Source: Pavona decussata
Taxonomy: Eukaryota
NCBI GenBank assembly: GCA_977016875.1
Contig: CDRNST010000052.1
Span: 434,001-498,000 of the forward strand
DNA length: 64,000 nt
Direction: 5' to 3'
In this document: positions 26,327-36,365 of the stretch, one piece after another
How the letters are laid out: every line of letters starts with the position of its first letter
Position numbering within the stretch: position 1 is the first letter of the stretch
Notes under the pieces: generated by a model
Database searches by the model: none
What the model was told of the DNA's origin: nothing
What the model saw: only the letters and a program-made list of their open reading frames with translations
Position numbers and translations under genes: made by a program

Positions 26327-29300
26327 AAAATATGAGCGAGCACGATACACTCCTTTTTTTTAGTTTGTAACTTTAAATTTAAAGTGAAGTAATTTATTTA
26401 ATGTCAAAATCATAGGGATTACTTGCGCAATCTCCCGAGCCAGAGGCGCATGATAAAGTGCTTCCCTATAATTATTAGTAGATTGGAATTCAATTTGATT
26501 TTTGAGGAGAGGGGAAAATCGGAGTAATCGGAGAGAAATCTCTCCAAGCAAGGACGAGAACCAACCATTAACTAAGCCCTCTTATGAAACTGAGCACTAG
26601 AATCGAACCCGGGCCATATTCAAACCAAATTTCCGGTATAACTACCTACATGATAATGACGACGAGCTGTGCTCTTTTTTCATCTTTTTTCATGTCCAGC
26701 CAAGCCTGACGTTTCGGCTCGTTCGATGGATGCCCGATGGCTATGCCATGCTGATGAGCCCGAAACAGTTGTCTACAAAGGACTACACACTCAGAGCAAG
26801 AGAGGGAGTTGTAATCTTCCAAGGGACCAACCGTTTTCTCTTCTTACCATTTTTTGTTTGTTTGTTTGTTTGTTTTTCGCGGAGGGTAAGGGCCGGGCCT
26901 GATGCTGATGCTTCTGAGCAGCTGAATTTGTTTTTCAACTTTAGCCAGTTTGGGAATAAGTTTTTTTTTTAGGTCCTGAAAGGACCATTTGCATTTAAAC
27001 ACAGGAACCAAAGAAAACAAGGCCTTAGCAGGAGCCTTGTTGAAATTTTTCCTTTGACTCAATGTGCGCGAGTTTTTCCACCTTCTTGTTCCAATGCCCA
27101 CCCATACCCCCACCCCCCCCAACTCCCAACGGGCGCCTCCACTGATCTGAGCCCTAAAAACCGTGACAATGTGTAATCTGAACCTTGCAATTATTTGACA
27201 TCTTACCTGCTTGGGAAAGCAGCAATTTTGATTCACTGTCCTCTCCACAATCGTCGTTAACTGTCCGCGAGATACCCTTGGAAGTCCTTTTTACACCGCG
27301 CGATAGACTGTCACGCATTCCACAGTTGCTGGAGCCGCACAGGCACCAAGTCGAATATTTACACACCGTTCCCGACAAGGCCACAACAGTGCCCGTTTGC
27401 AAGCTTCCCAGAGGACAAAAGTTATTGGGAGTTATTGGGACAGCCCAACAAAACTACTTCAAAATCCGGCCACGACGTTCTGGAACGTTTTGTAGAGGGA
27501 GAAATCTGGACCATATGGCGTGATTGGTCAACTATAAAAGTAACTTTGGTACTTGACGGAAGGTAATTGCAATACTCCGGTGTAAACTTACAGCCTTTGG
27601 TGGAAACAAGTCTACCGGTTTTCTAACTTTACATATAGGAGCAAGTTTGTCATACATAGCAATAGAAGCAAGGGATTCACTAATTTTCTCAAGGATTGCC
27701 AAAAGACCGGTGAGGTTGACATTGTTTTGTTTCCAACTACAAATTAATTTAAAAAGCTTGTTAACAGTTGCTTTCCCATGGTGCTTTGACATTGCTGAAA
27801 GTTTGTTTTACTTTGTTTACGAAATCATATGATGTACATTATGCCTTATCACTGGAATATAAAATAAATGTGCGTTAGTCAACTGAATACTAAATTTATC
27901 GGGCCTGGATTTGTAGCTACCGTATTTGCATTTGTCTTGGAATTTGATCGCCCTGTTTGTTTGTTTTGTTTTGGTTTGGTTTTTTTTGGCGTGTAGCGTG
28001 TTCCCTTCAGAGCTTAAAAATCTTGAGATAAGAATGAACGAAGGAAGACGACAACATGCATGATATTGAGGATCTTCTTTTTACTTTTAACGGTAAAATA
28101 ATAGCGGAACGAAACTGAGCAATCTTGCGTCATGTACACGTGCGTGGTACTGTAGATATCTGCTCGGCGCGGCGTTAAATTACATATTTCACGGCTTGAA
28201 CTAAACGTCTCCTGTTTTCCACAAGTGTTAACATAATAATATTTTCAATCAAAAAGGATTGTAGCTTTGAGTACAAGACTGTTTTGATGCATCCAGGATT
28301 TCGAAACAGGTTTCCATCGGTAGATTTTACAATGTGCGGTTCTGTTCGGAATCGGGATGCTTCTTGTTCGCTTCGTGAAGGGTCGAAATTCCAGAAAGTA
28401 CACTTCACGTTTCCGTCTCTCGACAGGACACTTTTGTCGGGCCGCCTCAGCAATTTTTACACAACAAACTATAAAGAATGGGCTTTAAGGCCATGCTAGT
28501 TTCAACTTCAAATTACATGTACCAGTGGGCTTTTGTTGCTGTTAAAGTTAGCTAAAATTACCTTATCCGCTAAAGCGCTGTAATAAGGGTAATTGTAACA
28601 GCCAAAAACAAGCAGTTTTCAACACCTTTCTCAAAATAATTTAGTGATTCAGGGAGATCAAGAGTTCTGTTATGAGTGAACCAAAGTACATCGATAGATG
28701 TTATTGCGTTGATCTGAACGAGCGAAAAGAAAATGCATAATTTTATTGTAGTTTCGACGCCGCCGGAAGGCCAAAATGGCGTTTTTCGAACTTTCTTAGA
28801 TTTTGAAAAAACTAAAGCGCTTCAGGTCCTTTGAATAGTATTTTCGAAAATAACTCACTATAGAGGTTATTTGGGCAAAATATAAAGAAATTGAAAATTT
28901 CACGACTGACGCCGGATTCTCGATATTTACAGACAGTGGCTCTTAAGCCTTTTAATTCTTTCAATTTTTTCTGATCATTGCTTTTTCTAAATCCTTAAGA
29001 AACTCAAACGAAATAGGAGCCTGTGCTTGGCTGAGTCTCAAAAGAAATTGATCAGTCATGAATCTTTATTGTTGCATTTTGGAATACATAGAGAGCTTAT
29101 TCTTAATGTGAGCAAGCGAGTTCTAAGGTGCCTGTGGTGGGGTACTCTACTCACATGCAAGGATGAGAGCCAACAACAAACTCAATCCACTTATGATGTT
29201 GAGTCAGATGTTTTCAAACCCGAGTGGCCACTCAGCTATTAACAATGTCTGAACATTTGGCATTTTTCAGAAAGGCATTTTCTGATCATATCTGCTACAT

Positions 29301-30020
29301 CAAATGAAATGTGATATTCCTTTTTAATTTGTTGTATTTTTCCTTTTGCTTAGCTTAATAATAACAAATAACATGGTTAAAAATCCCAGCTGGCAGGAGG
29401 CAGACCAGCTGGCTAATTACAAGTGAGGCCAAGGAGTTGAACTTGGGGCTACCGAGAAACAACTCCAGATAGTGGTCAGAGCGGGACTTGAACCCGGGAC
29501 CTCCAGATTATAAGTCCGGCGCCCTAACCACTCGACCATGCTGCCTCCTGCTTGATAAAAAAAAAAACTGGTTACGTTTGCCTTATCAGTCCAGTAATGG
29601 TTGTTAGTGACTGTTTTCAAGTAAAATGATGGTATTAGTTAATTTTCACCTTTTGTTATTTCAGTATGGGAGGTGAAATTTCATCCCCTCAGTCCAGACA
29701 ACCTATTTACATGTTCCGAGGACGGCTCTCTTTGGCACTGGGATGGTACATCTGTGGCAGTACAAAGTGTTACAGGGATCCCAGGCACCAGTAAAAGCTA
29801 TCTTCCAAGTAGTATTGGTAATGGTGCTGGCGTGGGTGGTGGATATGACAGCATAAGCCCTTGGCTGTCAGTGGACGCAACAAAACATAAAATGGAGACA
29901 TTTTCTTTACTTCCCTATAATAGACTGTCAATCAACTCACTGGATATCCAATCAAAACACTTATTGAGTGGGAGTGACTGCGAAGCTATTTTTATTATCA
30001 AAGATCTTGTCATAAGATGA
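16745..30020 (+). CDS. NUP43: Nucleoporin Nup43 (WD40, Y-complex); exons 16745-16873, 16977-17102, 20151-20228, 21713-21881, 22433-22568, 23846-23997, 29665-30020
   Basis: AKYVGHKVAKVRW...FVTGGWDD; CVDKHPTQPHLLAAGGQDGVLSIWDMR; WEVKFHPLSPDNLFTCSEDGSLWHWD; 381 aa; intron 1 is GC-AG. Confidence 0.96.
17638..17781. repeat. Palindromic interspersed-repeat hairpin
   Basis: TGGTAATTGAACT...TGGTCTGAAATCATAC...GTATGATTTCAGACCA...AGTTCAATTACCA, ~65-bp imperfect arms. Confidence 0.7.
17993..19313. mobile_element. 1.3-kb non-autonomous TIR element in NUP43 intron 2
   Basis: 30-bp perfect TIR CATTACAACTTCACGCCGATTTAAGTGTGT; no TSD resolved; no coding capacity recognised. Confidence 0.7.
19671..19828. 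mobile_element. CAA...TTG hairpin MITE
   Basis: CAATCTCATACCCATAGTCCTTAGGCTCTTTGGCCAG and CTGGCCAAAGAGCCTGAGGGCTCTAGGTACAAGATTG are imperfect complements. Confidence 0.65.
20354..21060. mobile_element. Non-autonomous element with ~150-bp imperfect TIRs (CCGTA...TACGG)
   Basis: CCGTATACCTTTAGAGGTGTCTC...AAAGCTTATAGAGCTGGC is mirrored by GCCAGCTCTATAAGCTTT...GAGACACCTCTAGAGGTATACGG. Confidence 0.75.
26246..26324. repeat. (ATG)n microsatellite, ~26 units
   Basis: Uninterrupted ATG run in the spacer of the foldback element. Confidence 0.95.
26480..26615 (-). mobile_element. Truncated tRNA-derived SINE (same family as 57188-57465)
   Basis: Minus strand reads GGCCCGGGTTCGATT...GTTGGTTCTCGTCCTTGC...TTTTCCCCTCTCCTCAAAAA, similar to 57241-57362. 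Confidence 0.6.
29359..29551 (-). mobile_element. tRNA-derived SINE
   Basis: Minus strand: A box TGGTCGAGTGG, B box GGTTCAAGTCC, non-tRNA body, TTA/TTG-rich tail. Confidence 0.8.
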
Positions 30021-31764
30021 TTAGTTTTGTGCTCTTACATTCTATTAATAATAGTGTTTATAACTTTTACATGTAGATGCAAGGCTGTACAGTAACAATA
30101 AAATTTGCTTATTACCCCAATTTGACACATACCCTTGTGTCTAAGTTCCATTCTGCAAAGTTGGCCAGGAAAGGTTTGCCCGTATTCTTGATTCATGTAC
30201 AAAAAAGACTTACATGCAGTCAGTCTATGTTACGCATGACCAGTATTTCCGAGAATGAAATGAACATTCAAATTCCTCTTTGTAAAGTCCAGCATTTCAA
30301 TGGAATCTTGAAGATTTCTCTGAAAATCTTTTCGAAAAAGATGCATTAACTGAGAAAAAATTCAAAATAGTTGGGAAACAAAACTTAAAATGCTGTAATG
30401 TAAAGAAACATTGATAGCTTGATACCATCAATAAACTAGGGAAGTTTCTACAGGAACTCTGAAATCTTGCTGGCAATGTTCAAAACTTGCATGTAAATTT
30501 CAAAATTCTGTTCAAATTTCAACATACTGGTCACGTGTGATGTAGATTGACTGTAAAAATTAGCAAAGCTTGACGTTCTAAAATAGTGACTTTGTCGAAA
30601 ACACTGTGGATTTTGTGCGCTGAACCCTATATTAAATTTATTGTGCAAAGGCTAATTTACTAAAAAGCTTTCCTCTGCTTTGATGTTGTGGCAGTTTTAT
30701 GTCATCAAATCGTTCAAAATACAGCCTTCGGACAAAATGCAAATATCGATCCACATTTAACACTCAAAATCTGCAGTGCACACTAAAACAAAGCAAGCTC
30801 GGAGAGTTTTTTTCTGACTTGTGCCAAAAAAGTAATATACACTCCTTTTGATTAAAGACCCACCACTGCAATGTATAAAAGGCAAATTTAACCAACAAGA
30901 GCAGGGTAGTTATTCCCTTTCAGTAAATTATGGTGCAAATCCATAAACCATACAATGTGTTTCTTAAACTTTGAAAGACAATTTTTTCAAGATCTCTTTT
31001 TTGATGGCTAGCTAGCTAGCTAAAATATTATTCTTAATTCTTAGTTTTGTAACTAACAACAACCATTCAATGTGTATGCCTTATATCGTTTTTCATTGGG
31101 TGGGATATTTCATAGACCTTACTGCCTGTAAGGCTGCTAATTTGAAAGCATAGAAGGACCTTCCACTGCCACTCTTCTTGGAAGCACATTTCAGGCCCTG
31201 AACTTTCTTGGAATGAAAGAGTAGTTATTAATAATATTATTCAAAATATATTAGTCTGGACTTGTTGCTAAACTTGTGCACTGATATAAGTGCTCGCATT
31301 ATTTTTTTGTCTAACTTGCAATTTTAGTGGGTTCAAAAGTTTTCTGAACTGTCAACAATATGCAAAAACAAACCAGGTGTTAGGCTGTTTTTGAATAAAA
31401 TGTCCTTGTTCCATAGCCTTTTTGATACCATCAGTAACCATACATGTACAGGAAGGTTAAAGTCCTCAATGTGTAAGATATCTCTCCAAAGCTATTTCCA
31501 AAATTAATTAAACTTAACACTAACAGTGAACATTTCTTCACACCTATAATTTGTAATGGAATTTTTTTTGAGTGAAAAGTTATGTTGGAAGTATTTTTAA
31601 TCAAATTAAACTGACTGAATGTTGACACAAACTGAATGAAGAAAGCTATAAAAACTATTTTACGTGTAGGTAGGCTATTTACCGAAGTTCAGCAAGACAT
31701 TGTGAATTTTCCTTCATTTGTGTAAAATAAAGATTCTCAATAACCAGTGGCCTGAGTTAAAACT

Positions 31765-34700
31765 TCAATTGTTTAATTCACTATCATAATTTACAAAACA
31801 AGCAAACTGATTGCCCAGGTTCCTAGTATGTTTTGGTTGAAACTTGCAAGGTGTTACCGCAAGAAGGTTGTAGGCTAAATCTTCCATGACTTGACCTGAA
31901 ACAAAACACAAGCACATCCCATAATTAAGTAAATAACTGTGTTTGCAGTTCTGTGTTCCAATAGTCTCCTTCGCAGCCGTTGTTTGGGCTCGTCAAAACA
32001 ACGGCTGTGAAGGAGACTAGTGTTCCAAATGACTGGTACATTTCCCAACTGCAAATGTTTTATCTGCTGTTGTGTGCTTCATTTGCAGTAAAAACCCATG
32101 ATATTGGTAAGGTTTTCATTCTTTGGACCCAGTGAAACTTGCAAACTGGTGGATAAAACATTGGGGCAATGTTTGCTGAAGCAATTGAAGGCAACATGCA
32201 AAAAATACACCGCGACCAGCAAATCTGGCTAAAACAACAAAAAGGAACCCAAAAAGCGTTTAATTTATAGGTCAGTTATGCCTCAAGCCCTTCAACCACT
32301 ATGGCATTACTTTGACCATGCAGCGGCCAGCACTGGTTGAAATATCCACAACATACATCAAATTGCTGTGCAGTGTGCTCCCTCAAAACAGCCAGTTTGA
32401 ATAACAATACAGTCAGCCGGTGCAAGGTGAGAAACAGAACAGGGATGGCGGGGGGTGGGGGGAGTGGGGGACTGGTTGAGGGCTGTCATTAAAGCCCACA
32501 TGTACAGCAGCTGTTTACATGAAGGGAGGAAGATCCTAGAAGGCGGATCATCCTAGCGCCATATGTTTTCTGTATTCAGTTGACATGCAAAAGGTTGTAC
32601 TTGGCCCTTGTGCTAGGATCTTTCTAGCAAAAGGATCTTCCAACCTGAGATAGGAATATCGTAGCACCATGCAAACTACCTTTACTTGGAAGGTTCTAGT
32701 ACTTGGGACAAAAAAAAAAAACAAACAAACATGGTGGCAGCCGGGCATTCAGCTCCTCAAGGCTGACAAGTTTTCTTCTTTAATTTTCTTCTCCACTTGG
32801 TCATCACTCTGACCGAAATTTCTTCATGTAAACCAAACAAAAAGATGTTTTGCCTTCTATGATATTCTTAGTTCTAGGATCTTCCTCCATCCATGTAAAC
32901 AGGGCCACAATCAGAGAGACTTGGAGAAGATAGGACTTTAAAATACCCACATAGCCGCCAAAAATTCGAATTCCATAACTTGCTTACTTAAATTATTAAT
33001 TTAGTAATCCATGGCTCAAGTTAGTGCTTAATCCTCCCACCAGCACCCTTACCTGTGCACAGCATTATTTTTTCCTTAGCAAGATATCTTATTGTCTCTG
33101 TTGTTTTTCTAAGGCATTCATCAGAAAGGAATGGAGGATCTGCAAACACCAGATCAAAGGAATGTTCTGTGACTGAATCTGGTAAGTCCAGTGGGTTCTT
33201 GTAATCATAGAAAATAAAATCCTCTCCAAACACAGCAAATCTTCTGTCAAATTCAAATACTTTTGCCTCGCATCCAGCTGGCTTGATCTCTAAAAGTTTC
33301 TTGTATAAGGTTGGTGCACAAAGACATGCTATCCTAGAACAGCAACAAAAGAAATCATGAGTGGTAAGCCATATACACACCTGGGCCCTATGAGGTAATT
33401 AGTTTCCAAGAAATCTACATGTAAGCCTTCCAAAGTAACTTAAAAATACCTGGACCATTAGTGGCCCACACAACCACAGCTTAGTTAATTAACATGTACA
33501 ATTTAAGTGAAATTCAGCTAGAACATAATACATACATGTATTAGTTTCCAAAATTTAATACAGGAACCTCTTGTTGTTCCTGGCTATTAGGGGCACCAAC
33601 CCATAGTGCTTTTTGTACATCACTTTCTCTTGTTTTGGCTCAGATTTTCCAGATATTTTGCACATGTCTCCCAATTCCTTAAGGAAATGTTGTCCAGTGA
33701 GAGCTTTTCGCTCTTTTGCTGCCCGTTCCTTTGGAATAAAAACCCATGATTATGGTGAAGATTTCCATTTTTTATCACAAAATGAAGTGCAAAGCAGAAT
33801 ATAAAACATTGAGGCATCATTTTATGAACTGAACTTTGCAAGCAACAGTGAATCTGAGTTAAAACAACAAAACAAACAAACAAAAAAAAGATCTATAGGT
33901 TGGCTATGCCCCCCCCCGGGAGGCCGCGGGCTATGCCCCAAGCCCTTCGATATTAAAAAAATCCCTATTTATTATAGGTTGTTTTGCAAATTATATCAAA
34001 TATTTGATAAAATTGTTATGGAAGAGATTTTATTTACCTGCTGTTGTTAGCTGCCCTGAGAGCTTCCTTGGCCAGCACCAATGCTGTATCATCATCATAC
34101 CAAAACTGGCTGAGTTGCTGACAAAGAGAAGCAACATTGTAATTAGCCGATAACAAACACTTTACTAGGATTTAATGTGCCTTAAATGTGCCTGCAATGT
34201 CCCTTAAATAGCTGGACATCACCTAGCTCTGGCTCACACTCCTTCCACGATAAGATGCTACTTCATTGAAGGCTTGGTCCGGCCAGAATTTTGTCAATAG
34301 ATTTCCCAAATTCAAGGTCTTTATTTGAAATTTTAAACACATTTTTCTGGGATATGGATTCTTCACTGATAATACTCACTATTAAGTAATCACTTGCTCG
34401 CTCAATTTCAACAAAATAACATAAAAGGCGCAGCTTAGTACCCAGTTTTCCTCTAGATCTGTGCTTTCTTCTGAAGCTTCTTGTTCTTGTCTTTGTTTCT
34501 CTTCACTATAAAATTCCTGCAAAGCTGCAAGGGCTTGTGCTGATAATTGAGGTACATCATCATCATCATCATCACTGTCGCTTTTACTGTCAACCTGATT
34601 CTATAAAAGTAAACAGAAAACCCTGGCTGAACATGTTAAATGCACATATATACTTTTGAATAGAGCAGATGCCTAGAGAGTTGCTAAGACAACCAAGGAG

Positions 34701-36128
34701 AAGTTCCTAACCTACATCAACTGGTCTTAGGTGCTTGGAGGTTGGGTGGGGTGGGGGGCTGGACTCAACTATATTTATATTAGTGATAGGGAGGTGCAAA
34801 GACTGTTTGGGGGTTTGGCAGTTCAATTTTTTCATGTGGAGAAAATGGAATTTTGGGGATAACATTCTAGGGCCCAGTTGTTCAACGCCCGATTGAGCTA
34901 ATTGCGGATTAACAAGAACTTTGGTTCAAGTTTAATTACACACACAAAAAAATTTTGTCCCTTAGTTTTGACATTGACTTTTCTTTACTGCTAGCTTAAC
35001 ATTAGCCTTCACAAACAATAAATATTTTAGCAAGCGAGCTGAAAACCTCGGCTAACTTTTAATCATGGATTAACTTTAATCGGCTTTCGAACAACCGGGC
35101 CCAGGCTGTTGGACTTTTTGGGGATCGTACAACTTGTCCTCATTCAGACCTCCCCAATGAGCAATAATAAACCTCAGTGCATTGTACCCCTCTGGTGTAT
35201 TCTAAAAGATAAACTGGCCATGGCTTGTAACCAGATACAAACAGGGGAATGTAATGGGGCATCTGACAAGGCAAGGGCACAAGCAGATAGGCCGCACACT
35301 CAACAGGCAGCATTCCCAAAATTAAAATAATGCAGTGTCTATATTATAACAAGGTTTTTGCAAGGAGAGAGTTGACTGTAAGGGGGTTAAGTCAAGGCAG
35401 CAAGTCAGGTTAGCTTAAAATACTCCCACCAATGGGGTACTTAGATGTAGAATTAATGGATCACCCCCCCCCCCCCCCCTTCCAGATTCTTTCAGATTAA
35501 TACAACTTTTAATAGGGATACAGTTTTCCAACAATTTTCCGCAATAATATTGAAACTTTCATGGTCTGAAAATTCTAGCCTGGTTTCGTTCTTTCCTATA
35601 CTAAGATTTTCTTGCCTAATTGATGTTACATTAGCTTGCAGTAATGGTTTTGTTATTATAAGTGACCATCTGATAAAAGTGATTGATCAGTGAGGATCCT
35701 AGATCAATGACAAATTTGGATTCTCCAGTGTTGCCTCCAGATTTCCAGCAATTGGTATGATCGAGTTTGGATAGACCCAAGCATTTCCCTTAATAAACAC
35801 CATCGCCTGTATCGAAATCTATGACCAATTCCGAGGTCACTATGCCCATTGCGCCATCAAAAAACCCTCTTCTCAACTTAGACAAAAATTTCATCACCCA
35901 GTTAGATTGAGCCGGGCAGAGGGCACGTGTGTAAGAAGAGCGAGTTTTTTTTAATTTTTTTGTCAATAAGACAGGCTGTCCTACTATGATTACTATCTCA
36001 TCAAGGCCACAACTTTTGCCTTTTCTACCCAGATTTAGTCGAGAAAACTACCCTGGCAAAAAGCTAAGATCACTGAAAGCCTAAAAAAAAAATACCTGAT
36101 TGTCGTTCAACCTCTCGTCGTCGGCCAT
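31765..36128 (-). CDS. EEF1AKMT1: EEF1A lysine methyltransferase 1 (N6AMT2); exons 36096-36128, 34442-34594, 34038-34117, 33053-33333, 31765-31895
   Basis: PQLSAQALAALQEFY...EENWQLSQFWYDD...IACLCAPTLY...FEFDRRF...FYDY...ADPPFLSDEC...CTG; 225 aa; phases consistent. Confidence 0.96.
31962..32019. mobile_element. 58-bp TAGTC...GACTA MITE
   Basis: Hairpin with perfect 9-bp TSD GTGTTCCAA. Confidence 0.8.
32511..32906. mobile_element. Harbinger-type MITE (degenerate)
   Basis: CTGTTTACATGAAGGGAGGAAGATCCTAGA / TCTAGGATCTTCCTCCATCCATGTAAACAG inverted termini; internal GATCCTAG/CTAGGATC motifs. Confidence 0.6.
34871..35101. mobile_element. Harbinger-type MITE with GGCCCRGTTGTTC termini
   Basis: GGCCCAGTTGTTCAA / TCGAACAACCGGGCC; 3-bp flanks TAG/CAG; terminal similarity to the element at 53948. 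Confidence 0.75.
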
Positions 36129-36365
36129 GTTGAAAATTAGTAACCTGGCCAGATGCTCTAGCGCGGTCACCAAGCAATGGAGATTAAAGTTTCCATAACG
36201 ACGCTTATTACAGTAATCAATTTCGCATACCGTAATTCATAATGAGGTCGAGGAGATTTATATTAATAAACATCTCCACAAAAAAGACGCTGTGTGGTAT
36301 CCCCCTGGTGAATATGGCGATCAGGACATATTTGCCGTGCTAGGAATAAGCCGACCCATTTTGGA
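36129..36365. promoter_or_regulatory. Putative bidirectional promoter EEF1AKMT1/MATCAP-like
   Basis: 237 bp between divergent start codons. Confidence 0.6.

Larger units (their letters stand above)
24079..28942. mobile_element. 4.86-kb foldback DNA element with ~1.97-kb inverted arms and TTAA TSD (Kolobok-like termini) in NUP43 intron 6
   Basis: TTAA|GAGCCACTGTCTG...CAGACAGTGGCTC|TTAA; arms ~24079-26049 and ~26970-28942; mirrored ORFs in the ORF track (24568-24846+ identical to 28175-28453-). Confidence 0.92.

Noticed and set aside
24522-28499. Mirrored ORF pairs (71-134 aa) as duplicated genes
   Set aside because: They reflect the inverted arms; no recognisable domain, and inner copies are broken differently in each arm.
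29470-29551. tRNA gene
   Set aside because: A/B boxes are present but the acceptor stem is incomplete and the sequence runs into a SINE body and tail with a second degenerate copy at ~51100; the same applies to 57188-57260.
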